Origin: Candidatus Pacebacteria bacterium CG_4_9_14_0_2_um_filter_40_15
GTDB taxonomy: Bacteria > Patescibacteriota > Microgenomatia > UBA1400 > PJMF01
NCBI GenBank assembly: GCA_002788675.1
Contig: PFRS01000001.1
Span: 170,308 to 234,307 of the forward strand
DNA length: 64,000 nt
Reading direction: 5' to 3'
The stretch's first letter is position 1. The number at the start of each line of letters is the position of its first letter. The position numbers were made by a program, and so were the translations under genes. This document shows positions 1-9,572 of this stretch, piece after piece. The notes below the pieces were generated by a model. It searched no databases. It was not told the DNA's origin and saw only the letters and a list, made by a program, of their open reading frames with translations.

Positions 1-351
1 CTCTCTTCTACCGTGACCATGTAACATCACCACATTTTCTAACACTGTTTCTGGAATATTTCTCTCAGGTATTGCTGGCAATGTAATTTTATCCACCAGA
101 TAAATATGTGGCATGTCTGGCGCTACAATAACAGACTGTTCTAAGGCTTCATTAAAACGACTTGGAGGCCTTCCAACCATAATGGAACCGCCTATGAATG
201 GAATCTTCAGTTCTGAGTTAGGAACGGCAACAGTACTCTTTAAAGCTGCAAGTATTTTAGCAGTCTGACTCTCTTTTTCGTCTGTCTTTTCTTCGACTAT
301 TTCTTCTTCTGTCTCTTCTGAAGCATGTTTACCGATATGTTCACCTATCAT
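1..351 (-). CDS. Hypothetical protein, 5' part only (runs off window start)
   Basis: My translation: ATG at 351 with AAAAGG directly upstream, open for 117 codons (MIGEHIGKHASEETEEEIVEEK...VMLHGHGRRE). Not in the ORF track because there is no stop in the window. Confidence 0.6.
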   Translation of the reverse strand, partial: MIGEHIGKHASEETEEEIVEEKTDEKESQTAKILAALKSTVAVPNSELKIPFIGGSIMVGRPPSRFNEALEQSVIVAPDMPHIYLVDKITLPAIPERNIPETVLENVVMLHGHGRRE

Positions 352-456
352 CCTTTTAGTATACTGTCCTCTTGCTTCAGTTTAAACCGCTATTCTAAAA
401 TTGATGTGCAAACAATTTTTTCTGCATACTAGCAAGCAAAAACACAAATAAACCAC

Positions 457-485
457 TTGTAAAAAAAAACAATCAAGTATATAAT
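457..485 (+). promoter_or_regulatory. Sigma70-type promoter of rplJ-rplL
   Basis: TTGTAA (457-462), 17 bp spacer, TATAAT (480-485). Confidence 0.6.
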
Positions 486-498
486 TCCCTTCTAGTCT

Positions 499-561
499 CC
501 AAAGACAGTGTGCACAGCCACAAAGGTTTTCCCAAACCCGGGCTCAGAAGTCATACCGAGG
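499..561 (+). promoter_or_regulatory. L10 leader (ribosomal protein autoregulatory RNA), core region
   Basis: CCAAAGACAGTGTG...CATACCGAGG resembles the L10-leader pattern CCRAAGACnGYAGG...CCUACCGAGG and lies directly upstream of rplJ. Confidence 0.7.
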
Positions 562-702
562 AACGATACAAAACTTTTGTTTTTCCCCTAGAGGGATCGT
601 CTTCACTCTTCACTTTTTTTGGAAACTACTTACAAGTTGAAACAACACGTTTGGAGCATACTCATGTGCCCGATCGATAAAGTAAATGAGTAGAAAGTAG
701 AT

Positions 703-1209
703 ATGCCAAGTCAAAAAAATCAAAAGCAGGTTGAAATGCTTAAAGCAAAATTTGATAACGCACAGTCTGTGGCCATTGTTGATTACTCTGGAACAACTGT
801 AAATGATCAAGTAACTTTAAGATCTGCAATCACTGCTGCAGGCGGTGAAATGCTCGTGGCTAAAAATACTCTTATCGACATCGCTGCCGGTAAAGGTAAT
901 CTTAGTGAATCACTTGAAGGTATGAACGCAGTTGTGTTCTCAAACACAGATGCTGTTGCTGCCATCAAGCAACTCTTCGCCTTTCACAAGGACGCAGATA
1001 AATTAACTATCAAGCAAGGAATGATGGACGGAAAAGTCCTCAGTTCTGCAGAAGTAGAAGCTCTCAGTAAGCTTCCAGGTAAAAACGAACTCATCGCGAT
1101 GCTGCTCAACCGCTTACAATCACCAGCTACTGGTCTTGTAAACGTTCTAAAAGCAGGTCAAAGAGACCTCGTCTATGCTCTTAAAGCAATCGCTGAGAAA
1201 GGTGCCTAA
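703..1209 (+). CDS. rplJ: 50S ribosomal protein L10
   Basis: VDYSG..V..LR, VAKNTL and LSKLP motifs; followed by rplL. Confidence 0.97.
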   Translation: MPSQKNQKQVEMLKAKFDNAQSVAIVDYSGTTVNDQVTLRSAITAAGGEMLVAKNTLIDIAAGKGNLSESLEGMNAVVFSNTDAVAAIKQLFAFHKDADKLTIKQGMMDGKVLSSAEVEALSKLPGKNELIAMLLNRLQSPATGLVNVLKAGQRDLVYALKAIAEKGA

Positions 1210-1289
1210 ATTGGCGCTACAGTACAAAGTAAATTAATAAGTAAAAGAATACAAAGCAAACCGACAATAATTCTTAAGAAAGGAAACAT

Positions 1290-1667
1290 ATGTCAGCAAA
1301 CGTAACAAAAATCGTTGATGCAGTTAAGGAACTCTCACTCGTTGAAGTTTCAGAACTCGTTAAAGCTCTCGAAGAAGAGTTTGGTGTAAGTGCAGCAGCT
1401 CCTATGATGATGGGTGCTATGCCAGCAGCAGCTGCAGAAGCAGTTGAAGAAAAGGACGAATTCGACGTCGTTCTCAAAGAAGCAGGATCTAACAAGATCG
1501 CAGCTATTAAAGCTGTTCGCGTTCTCAAGCCAGAACTCGGTCTTGGTGATGCTAAAACCTTCGTTGAATCAGCACCAAAGACTGTTCTCGAAGCAGCAAA
1601 CAAAGATGACGCAGAAGCAGCTAAGAAGTCTCTCGAAGAGGCAGGCTGTATCGTTGAACTCAAATAA
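1290..1667 (+). CDS. rplL: 50S ribosomal protein L7/L12
   Basis: [11 protein letters not shown] hinge, [26 protein letters not shown]. Confidence 0.98.
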   Translation: MSANVTKIVDAVKELSLVEVSELVKALEEEFGVSAAAPMMMGAMPAAAAEAVEEKDEFDVVLKEAGSNKIAAIKAVRVLKPELGLGDAKTFVESAPKTVLEAANKDDAEAAKKSLEEAGCIVELK

Positions 1668-1695
1668 TTTGATTTCGCGTTTTTCGCTCAAAAAT

Positions 1696-1725
1696 AAAAA
1701 ACCTCTCAGAAATGAGAGGTTTTTT
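1696..1725 (+). terminator. Intrinsic terminator after rplL
   Basis: AAAAAACCTCTCA-GAAA-TGAGAGGTTTTTT hairpin with U tract. Confidence 0.85.
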
Positions 1726-1827
1726 AGTACGTATTTCACAAAAATTTCGCCTTGATCTACTAACTACCTTCCCTCCTCAAAAAAATCTGTCATACTCATA
1801 CATAAACATATAGATACTGAACCCCTC

Positions 1828-2547
1828 ATGCCACCAGAAGCCACTCAAATAAATCTTGAACGTTCACAAAAGTTAAATCAAGCTGCTAAAGAATCATTAG
1901 CTGCAATAGCAAATTGCTTAAAAATATCTCAACTCAATCAAGAAATTTCAGCAGCTGAAGTACAGCAACAACGGGGCAGTTTCAGCCAGGAAGTACTTGA
2001 TACATTACTCCAGAACGCTGAAACAAAACGAATGCACATTCAGGATAAAAATATGAGTACCTTCCTTTCAACAGTCGACGCTGTTGACCATGTTCCTGAC
2101 TTACGCCTCGTGGATGACGCTGCAATTGAAGCAACAAAAACTGGTCTTATCCGCGATGAAAACTACACGCAAATCAAAGAAGCAATTGAGCGTTTAAAAA
2201 TTGAGCTTCAAGACAGAAATGCACAACTAATCATTGCTGAACTTGTCACTCTTTCCAGCTGTACTGCTGTCAGAGATAGTCTAAAGCTACTTCCCATCGC
2301 ACAGAATTCAGAACTTATTAGAGCTGAAAACTTGCCAGCTATCAACCAACAAGCTGAGACACATAGTAAGAACTTGCAAGATAAAAAAACTGATGAGTAT
2401 ACAAAACGTATCCAAACTGCCAAATTACCTCAAGACCTTTTATCTCTCCAAAACCAAATAATCACAGACTACGAACAAGTCGAGATAACCAAAGAACAGT
2501 ATATTAGATTACTTGAAGAAATTCGTAATCATCCTGTTGTGCCTTAG
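1828..2547 (+). CDS. Hypothetical helical/coiled-coil protein
   Basis: 239-aa ORF rich in Q/E/L/A; no recognisable motif. Confidence 0.7.
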   Translation: MPPEATQINLERSQKLNQAAKESLAAIANCLKISQLNQEISAAEVQQQRGSFSQEVLDTLLQNAETKRMHIQDKNMSTFLSTVDAVDHVPDLRLVDDAAIEATKTGLIRDENYTQIKEAIERLKIELQDRNAQLIIAELVTLSSCTAVRDSLKLLPIAQNSELIRAENLPAINQQAETHSKNLQDKKTDEYTKRIQTAKLPQDLLSLQNQIITDYEQVEITKEQYIRLLEEIRNHPVVP

Positions 2548-2626
2548 CCTGAAAGCGACAACTCAGTTTCAGCACATTTTTGCACATCCTCATGTGGTGT
2601 ATAATTCAAAAAACAGAAATATACCT

Positions 2627-2851
2627 ATGGAACGAACAAAATACCCTCACGATCGCAATAAATATTCTCAATTATTCGCACTTGCAAAAGAATCGTTTCA
2701 AGCGGGAGATGCCGATGGACTTGAAACGTATATATCTCAAGCAAACTCACTCTATTCAGAAGGGTATATGACTCGCCAAGAAAAAAAAGACATCACAAAA
2801 TTGGTACACATCTTTTTAGATGTGCTGCTCCACCCTTTCAACGATATATAA
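2627..2851 (+). CDS. Small hypothetical protein
   Basis: ATG at 2627 (MERTKYPH...) downstream of a TATAAT box; the longer ORF-track start overlaps the previous gene. Confidence 0.5.
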   Translation: MERTKYPHDRNKYSQLFALAKESFQAGDADGLETYISQANSLYSEGYMTRQEKKDITKLVHIFLDVLLHPFNDI

Positions 2852-2937
2852 CACTTTTCTCTTCTCAAGTAGCACCCTTATCCGTAGTAAACACAAATGT
2901 TCTTATTATTTTGTTTTTTTCGAGTATTTTCCCATTG

Positions 2938-3000
2938 TTTTCCACAGTTAAAAAATTATTGGATGTGACGAATTACATTATAAGACTTTTATGTGGATAA
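2938..3000. promoter_or_regulatory. Pair of DnaA-box-like 9-mers
   Basis: TTTTCCACA (2938-2946, 1 mismatch) and TGTGGATAA (2992-3000, perfect reverse box). Confidence 0.45.
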
Positions 3001-3163
3001 TATCTAACAGCATCAAATGCTAGCAAATTGCCCATTGACCCACTTCATTCCACTCTGCTACCTTTAATGGTACATACGTTAGTGTTTGTATCACTTCTCA
3101 CCGGAAAGTTAAGATACTCAAGACAAACATTTTGTATCAAGTAATAGCAATAAAGAAAGCAGC

Positions 3164-3433
3164 ATGAACTCACAAACAGTGACACCAAATGTTTCAGAAG
3201 ATGACAAAAAAACCGGTCGAGCAAACGATGCAACAAAGTTAGACATCAATAACCTTCCGGATCTTCTTACCGTACGAGAGGTCGCTGACTTGCTACGAGT
3301 CTCACCGCTCACCATTAAACGATGGGGAAAGCGCGGCAAGCTTCCTGCTATTCGCATCAACTCTCGAGGTGATCGACGTTACAAGAAAGAAGCCGTTCTC
3401 TGGCTTCTTGGAGTCACTCCAGAAGAAGAATAG
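3164..3433 (+). CDS. BldC/excisionase-like HTH_17 DNA-binding protein
   Basis: LLTVREVADLLRVSPLTIKRWGKRGKLPAIRINSRGDRRY is typical of the MerR-like/Xis HTH_17 family. Confidence 0.9.
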   Translation: MNSQTVTPNVSEDDKKTGRANDATKLDINNLPDLLTVREVADLLRVSPLTIKRWGKRGKLPAIRINSRGDRRYKKEAVLWLLGVTPEEE

Positions 3434-3459
3434 ACGCTCCTCTACCATTGCAAAATAAG

Positions 3460-3483
3460 AAGCCCCTCAAATGAGGGGCTTTT
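3460..3483. terminator. Bidirectional intrinsic terminator
   Basis: AAGCCCCTCA-AA-TGAGGGGCTTTT between convergent genes. Confidence 0.75.
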
Positions 3484-3513
3484 GAATTTCTATTAAATAG
3501 TTCATGAGTGAAT

Positions 3514-4329
3514 TTACAAACCCACTAGATCCCGTAAAACCAGCTTGATAAACGTAATCAAGCTCAGTTGTCTTCTCCAGCGCCAGGGCTCTTGAATAAG
3601 GCGGTACAGCCACTCAAGACCTATTGTTCGCATGAAGGCTGGTGCTCTCTGTACTTTTCCAAGTAACATATCAAAGGCACCGCCAACAACCATTGCCAGC
3701 TGCACACCATTCTTTTCAAGAAATGCACGATTATCACTAATCCACTGTTCTTGTGCTGGTGCACCAAGTGCTATAAAAACAACATCAGGTAAAACTTTTT
3801 GTATACAATCTTTAACAGCAGTGTGTTCAACAGTTGTGGGAGCCAAAGCATTCACATACCCACTCGTCCACCAAAGTGTCTGACCACTCACTTTAGAAGC
3901 AGATTTAGGTCCAACATCCACCGGGCACTCCCGAATCTGCCACTGTAAATAGTTTAGATTGTTATAAGATACTCCCCCAATCACCATAACAGTCGCTTTT
4001 TTGTCTTTAGCCTGGGAGAGGATTTTCTTAACGAGGTCTACGCCTGGGATACGTTCTTTGATTTTGTCGCCCCTTCCCACCAGACTAAATAGCCTGGAGG
4101 CAACTACGAGACCAATGCCATCGGGTACTAAGTAGTCCGCCTGGCACAAAACTTTGGCGAAGCTCTTGTTGTTTTGTGCAAGCACAATTTGTTCAGGATT
4201 TGGAGTGAAAAGCGTGACCAACTGCTTTTTTTTGTTTGGTAAAATAGCTATTTTTTCTAGCAGATCGCTCACTCGATTGCTATAAAGGTTTAAATAGGAT
4301 AAAAAGTTTGATTTGTCTGTGTTTTTCAT
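3514..4329 (-). CDS. WecB/TagA/CpsF family glycosyltransferase
   Basis: TPNPE, ADYLVPDGIG, ALGAPAQE, VGGAFD, RAP..GLEWLYRL.QEPWRWRR. Confidence 0.93.
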   Translation of the reverse strand: MKNTDKSNFLSYLNLYSNRVSDLLEKIAILPNKKKQLVTLFTPNPEQIVLAQNNKSFAKVLCQADYLVPDGIGLVVASRLFSLVGRGDKIKERIPGVDLVKKILSQAKDKKATVMVIGGVSYNNLNYLQWQIRECPVDVGPKSASKVSGQTLWWTSGYVNALAPTTVEHTAVKDCIQKVLPDVVFIALGAPAQEQWISDNRAFLEKNGVQLAMVVGGAFDMLLGKVQRAPAFMRTIGLEWLYRLIQEPWRWRRQLSLITFIKLVLRDLVGL

Positions 4330-4807
4330 TGATCTTAGTAAGCATTAAAAAATACAAATACCCAAAACAAAAACGAATAAAAATGCGACTTTTTGCCAGT
4401 CAGTCGATCAAAATATTTTGAGCAACTATGTTGCATTAGTAACACTTTTGTAGTGGTGCTTCCTTATATTGTACACTATGCAAACCTTCGTATATTGTTC
4501 GCGTTATAATTGTGGGACTATTGTCAAACCATATAAAACACGAAGGAAACAGCCATCTGTTGTGCAATGCAGGGCTCCCCTCTTTTCACAGTACCCTCTT
4601 TTTACTGCTTTTAGAGTACATATTATCCAGATGTGTGAACACATTTTCTCATTTTTTTCATTTTCACAATCAGTTTCAAAGGCAGATACATCATCAAATT
4701 GACTTAAAATGAATACACTGACGCCAACCGAGCCTAACCAGACCGAAACATCTTGGTAGCAACCAGGCAGACTCTAGCAGTAGTCGATTTTGAGCGAACA
4801 TACTATA

Positions 4808-6217
4808 ATGAGCTCAAGAAAGCCACCTATGACTGTCAACGAACTTCGAAATCGCTACCCAACATTTCATTTCAGCTCGTGCAAGCACGAACTTTCCGAT
4901 CTTGGTCTGGAAGTCACATTTACCTACTCACTTGAAGACGAGCACACCTTTCATCACAAGGTTATTTTTCATGCTGTCACCCAAGACCTCCTGCAACAGA
5001 TTTCATCCGACGAACTAGATACCTATCTACTCACTATTGGCCTTTCCGAAATGCTCAACTACTGGAAACTAACTGCAAGTCCAAAGGTGCATATTTCAGC
5101 CGTATCACTTTCAGCCACACAACTGGCCTGGTGGAAAGATCTCCTGATTCAAGGCCTGGGCGAATATTTCTATGTAAACCAAATCAAGTTTACCGACCCT
5201 GACTTTGTTACCTTTACGTGCCAAACACCAGCAACACAAGATATTCCACTTAAAAAGGCCATAATTCCTACGTTCAGTACCCCAAAAGTACTCATTCCCG
5301 TTGGTGGTGGCAAAGATTCTGCCGTGACCCTTTCTCTAATTGGCGCAACTGTTCCAGATTCCGCAGGATTTATGGTGAACGCCATTCCTTCTGCGGTTGA
5401 AACCCTTGCCGTCAGCCCAATCAAAACAAAAGTAACCGTGACTCGCATCCTCGATCCACACATGCTAGAGCTTAACTCTCAAGGATTTTTAAATGGGCAT
5501 GTGCCTATTTCATCTGTGTTAGCCTCTATGAGCGTGTTTGCAGGCAGAGTTTTTGGCTATACTCACGTGACCATTTCAAATGAACGCAGCTCTAATGAAG
5601 GCAACATCTTCTACTGCGACCGAGACATAAACCATCAGTACTCTAAAACGTTTGCGTTTGAAGAGAGCTTTACCAGCTATTGCCAAACCTATTTACCTCA
5701 AGAAACCCCTCATTATTTTTCATTCCTCAGACCAATCTACGAACTCCAAATTGCCAAAATATTTGCTCAATTCCCCGAGTACCACGCCCTATTTAGAAGC
5801 TGCAATCGTGGCCAAAAAAACAATTCTTGGTGTGGCGAGTGTTCAAAATGTCTGTTTGCCTACAGCATCATGGTGCCGTTCCTCGGCAAAGAGAAAACCG
5901 CTGAATACTTTGGTAAAGATATGTTCCAAGATACAACACTCTACTACCTAGCAGAAGAATTACTTGGAGTTGGCGAAAAGAAACCATTCGAATGCGTAGG
6001 CACGCATGAAGAAACTATCTGTGCCTTCTACTTAGCCACAAAACAATATCAAGGTGAAACCCTACCACCACTTCTTGCCCTTGTACAAGAAAAAATTCTC
6101 CGTTCAGAAACAGAGTTAGAAGCACGTACTCAAGCAATTTTTGACGGCTGGAATCTCCAACATCTTATTCCTGCACAATTTGAAACTCTCCTAAAGGAAC
6201 ATACCCATGTCGAATGA
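4808..6217 (+). CDS. murL: UDP-MurNAc-L-Ala-L-Glu epimerase MurL
   Basis: GGGKDS, NGHVPIS, SNERSSNEGN, NHQYSK, SCN, WCGECSKCLF, KPFECVG; overlaps murD. Start uncertain (4790/4808/4829). Confidence 0.88.
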   Translation: MSSRKPPMTVNELRNRYPTFHFSSCKHELSDLGLEVTFTYSLEDEHTFHHKVIFHAVTQDLLQQISSDELDTYLLTIGLSEMLNYWKLTASPKVHISAVSLSATQLAWWKDLLIQGLGEYFYVNQIKFTDPDFVTFTCQTPATQDIPLKKAIIPTFSTPKVLIPVGGGKDSAVTLSLIGATVPDSAGFMVNAIPSAVETLAVSPIKTKVTVTRILDPHMLELNSQGFLNGHVPISSVLASMSVFAGRVFGYTHVTISNERSSNEGNIFYCDRDINHQYSKTFAFEESFTSYCQTYLPQETPHYFSFLRPIYELQIAKIFAQFPEYHALFRSCNRGQKNNSWCGECSKCLFAYSIMVPFLGKEKTAEYFGKDMFQDTTLYYLAEELLGVGEKKPFECVGTHEETICAFYLATKQYQGETLPPLLALVQEKILRSETELEARTQAIFDGWNLQHLIPAQFETLLKEHTHVE

Positions 6218-7574
6218 AGCTTCAGATACAACGATTATCTTAGGTCTTGGTCGGGAGGGCCTCTCAACAGCACGCTACCTACTTTCCAAACATAACAACC
6301 TTTCGCTGCTCCTTCTTGACGAGAAACCACTTTCTGAACTAGAGCCAGAATGGCAAAAATTAGTTGAAAAAGACACTATCTCGTTTGCACAAACTGTGCC
6401 AACTGAAACAGAATCGCCATTAGTCTATTGTGCGCCAGGCATTCCTCCGCACAATCCACTCTATAAGGCACTTGAAGCAAAAAATGCAGTGTTTACCTCA
6501 AACCTTGAACTCTTCTGTACCACTATAAGTCAAGAATATGCAAAAGTTATAACAATTGGAGTCACTGGCACCAAGGGTAAAAGCACTACATCTGCACTTC
6601 TTTACCATGTCTTACAAACGGCTGGCTTTTCTGTGTCATATGCTGGTAATGTGGGCATTCCTGCACTCGATATTCTGCCTGAAATTTCAGCTGAAGAAAC
6701 ACACTATGTTGTGCTCGAACTTTCAAGTCATCAGCTCGGAAGAATCAATACTAGTCCAAATATAGCCGTGGTACAAAATATTGTCCCAGAACATTTAGAC
6801 TACTATGGCACTTTCGAAAACTATCTTGCTGCTAAAATGAACATTGCTAAACATCAAACTGATCACGATCGCATCATCTACTCTCTCGATTTTGAAACAA
6901 GTGCCCAAGTAGCAGCACTCAGTCCCGGTAAAAAATATGGATACAGTCTAGAAAATCCAAATACTAACGAGGTATCTCAGCGCGTTCTTCAACAAATCAA
7001 AGCAAGTAATACTAAATTAATTGGTCAGCATAACCGTTACAATATTGCGCCCAGCATCATCATTGGAGAAGTTCTTGGCATAGATGCTGATCTGATTCAC
7101 ACTGCCTTGGAATCATTCCAACCTCTCTCTCATCGCCTAGAAATGGTGCCCAGCGATGATGGAGTTCTCTATATAAACGACTCACTTGCAACTACTCCAG
7201 AAGCTACCATCGCTGCTATCGATGCATTTATAGATAAACAAATCATTTTAATCTCAGGTGGGTATGATAGATCGCTTGATTTTTTCGATTTAGCAAAAAA
7301 AATTGTCACTACTCGAACTATTAAAGCTATCATTCTCTTTCCTCCCACTGGTGAAAATATTGCAAACTTCATGTATAAAATTAACCCCGATTCAGCAGTC
7401 TTAAAAACAAGCTACTTTAAAGTTGAATCCATGTCTGAAGCAGTCCATATCGCCAAAAAAATGGCCCGTAAAGACGACGTTGTACTTATGAGCCCTGCGG
7501 CTGCCAGCTTTGGTAGATTTAGAGATTACGCAGATCGTGGTAATCAATTTAAGCGCTATGTACAAGGAAACTAA
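6207..7574 (+). CDS. murD: UDP-MurNAc-L-Ala--glutamate ligase (probably MurD2-type, L-Glu)
   Basis: GLGREG, GVTGTKGKSTT, GNVG, LELSSHQL, EHLDY, HRLE, NDSLAT, SPAAASF...Y.DRG. Confidence 0.92.
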   Translation: MSNEASDTTIILGLGREGLSTARYLLSKHNNLSLLLLDEKPLSELEPEWQKLVEKDTISFAQTVPTETESPLVYCAPGIPPHNPLYKALEAKNAVFTSNLELFCTTISQEYAKVITIGVTGTKGKSTTSALLYHVLQTAGFSVSYAGNVGIPALDILPEISAEETHYVVLELSSHQLGRINTSPNIAVVQNIVPEHLDYYGTFENYLAAKMNIAKHQTDHDRIIYSLDFETSAQVAALSPGKKYGYSLENPNTNEVSQRVLQQIKASNTKLIGQHNRYNIAPSIIIGEVLGIDADLIHTALESFQPLSHRLEMVPSDDGVLYINDSLATTPEATIAAIDAFIDKQIILISGGYDRSLDFFDLAKKIVTTRTIKAIILFPPTGENIANFMYKINPDSAVLKTSYFKVESMSEAVHIAKKMARKDDVVLMSPAAASFGRFRDYADRGNQFKRYVQGN

Positions 7575-8283
7575 TTCCCTTGTGATCCGACACTCCTTCA
7601 AGCATTCCGAGCACTTCAATGTCATAAGGTTCTTGATAAAAAACCGTATCAACAACGAGCTCAAGTGCCCCCGCATGATGCAGAGAACCATCAATGGTCG
7701 TGGTAATATTCTTTGGTAAGCCATCTATATAGATACTCTCAAATTGTGAAAAAGTCTCTTTTCCTCGAGCTGAATTAAAATCACCACAGAGTACATGCGA
7801 CGGAAAATCCGCAACTTGTTTTTTCAGTTCAGCAAAATCTCGTGCCTGTTCTTCTGAACTTTCACCATCACCCGTCCAAGTAAAATGTGTGGTTCCAATG
7901 GACATGAGCTGACCACTTCTTGAGTAAAATTTTCCCATAAGTATGCCTCGGTCAACTGAGTTTGGAGTGCTAAATTTGGGAATATTACCCACACCTTTGT
8001 AATAGTGATGCGAATATTCTTCGTGATCTAAGTGACTAAACAGTGCAACTCCCCAAGGACCGCGAGGACTAATTGAGTAGGGATTTGGCTCATCGATAGA
8101 TGTCATGGGTAAAAATTCATACTGACCAAGTGAAAAACCAAGTTGAATTGCCAAACCAGGGAGATCAGCTGCAAATATTTCCTGAAAACAAATTACCTCA
8201 GGGTTAATTCTATTAATGACTGGAACAAAACGATCAAAATGCTGATCGCCTTCAATATTAAGAGTTACAACTGAAATTGCCAT
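7549..8283 (-). CDS. Endonuclease/exonuclease/phosphatase (EEP) family protein
   Basis: TLNI, CFQE, TTHF, LCGDFN and SDH motifs; likely start MAISVVTLNI at 8283. Confidence 0.88.
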   Translation of the reverse strand: MAISVVTLNIEGDQHFDRFVPVINRINPEVICFQEIFAADLPGLAIQLGFSLGQYEFLPMTSIDEPNPYSISPRGPWGVALFSHLDHEEYSHHYYKGVGNIPKFSTPNSVDRGILMGKFYSRSGQLMSIGTTHFTWTGDGESSEEQARDFAELKKQVADFPSHVLCGDFNSARGKETFSQFESIYIDGLPKNITTTIDGSLHHAGALELVVDTVFYQEPYDIEVLGMLEGVSDHKGISFLVHSA

Positions 8284-8391
8284 ATTTTTCCTTCTTAGAC
8301 TCAAACTTGTCTCACCGTCTATTCTGCCACAAAGCAAACCAAATGAGAACTTTCTATTGATCAAAGCATTTGCAAGCGGGACAGAAACACT

Positions 8392-8517
8392 CGTATAGTC
8401 GGTGATGTCTTTTCTGCAACCTGACGATAGTAGATGGAGCAACACCACGTATAGTCGGTGAGTCTTTTCTGCGACCTGACGTTAGTAGATGAAGAAAGGA
8501 TGACTCACCGACTATAC
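8392..8517. repeat. Tandem ~45-bp direct repeat pair plus inverted repeat overlapping the mreB stop
   Basis: 8392-8436 is nearly identical to 8448-8491; GTATAGTCGGTGAGTC (8449-8464) is the reverse complement of 8502-8517. Confidence 0.85.
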
Positions 8518-9527
8518 CCCAAACTCTGCTTAAACTCATCCAAATTCTCAAGTGCAGTACCAATACCTTTAATCACCGCTTCAGCTGGATCGTCCACAAT
8601 CGAAACCGGAACACCTAGCCTATCCGTTAAGTGTTGGCTCAGACCATCAAGATCAGCCCCACCGCCTGAAACTAAAATACCTTTATCAACAATATCAACG
8701 GTGAGTTCTGGTGGAATAGTAGTTAACATATCCTTAATGAGGTACTCATACTCATCAAATACCTTAAGCGTTTGAGCAGCCAAATCTTGAGTATTCACTT
8801 TTATCTCACGTGGGTTGCCTTTAATGCTATCTTTACCTGCAACAAGGAGATTTTTTTGCACAGATTTGTCGAGAGATACTAAAGATCTCTTTAATTTTTC
8901 AGCAGTTTCAAAGGCAACGGTGAACTCTTTTTTGCGCCTGAGTTCATACTGCAAACGCTCTGTGAAGTAATCCCCTGCCTTGTAGGTAGTTGCTGAAGCA
9001 ATCATACTACCAAGTGAAATAACTGCTGCTTCAACGACTCCAGAACCGAGTTGCAGCAAAATCGTGCCAGATGCATCGGCAATTGGCACACCTGCACCAA
9101 TAGAAGCTGCCAATGGTTGAGAGACGGTATACACTTCGCTCGCTCCAACACTGTAGAGTAAATCTGATAGTATCTGCTGACTCACCTCAGTTTTGTTTGC
9201 GGGTACACTGGCCATAATTTTTTTGCTGGCAAACGGCACTTTCGAAGTAACGCGTTGTAAATAAATCCTCAGCAAGGCCTGTGCAGAGTGAAAGTCATAC
9301 ACCATACCTTCTTTTATTGGCTGAAGAACTACTACTCCTTTGAGCACTCGTCCTCGCATAGCTGCTGCTTCTGCTCCAACGGCAACAACTTTTTTGCTAA
9401 CAGTTTCAACAGCTAAGAAAGCTGGCTCACGAAGCAACACTCCTTCTGAAGGAGTCCAAATACGGATCATACTTGATCCAAGATCAATGCCAATCTGCTG
9501 TGAAAAGAGGCGTGAAATGCTAGACAT
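8505..9527 (-). CDS. mreB: MreB/Mbl-family actin homologue with degenerate ATPase motifs
   Basis: IGIDLG, EPA..AV, P.K.G.V.DF, AASIGAGVP, AE.LK, PEL..DI...GI..SGGGA. Confidence 0.85.
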   Translation of the reverse strand: MSSISRLFSQQIGIDLGSSMIRIWTPSEGVLLREPAFLAVETVSKKVVAVGAEAAAMRGRVLKGVVVLQPIKEGMVYDFHSAQALLRIYLQRVTSKVPFASKKIMASVPANKTEVSQQILSDLLYSVGASEVYTVSQPLAASIGAGVPIADASGTILLQLGSGVVEAAVISLGSMIASATTYKAGDYFTERLQYELRRKKEFTVAFETAEKLKRSLVSLDKSVQKNLLVAGKDSIKGNPREIKVNTQDLAAQTLKVFDEYEYLIKDMLTTIPPELTVDIVDKGILVSGGGADLDGLSQHLTDRLGVPVSIVDDPAEAVIKGIGTALENLDEFKQSLGYSR

Positions 9528-9572
9528 ATCCTAAAGATTTCCTTTTGTGTGCTTTCCCTATATAATACGGGT

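Noticed and set aside
8392-8517. CRISPR array
   Set aside because: Only two long units with an ~11-bp gap, and no cas genes.
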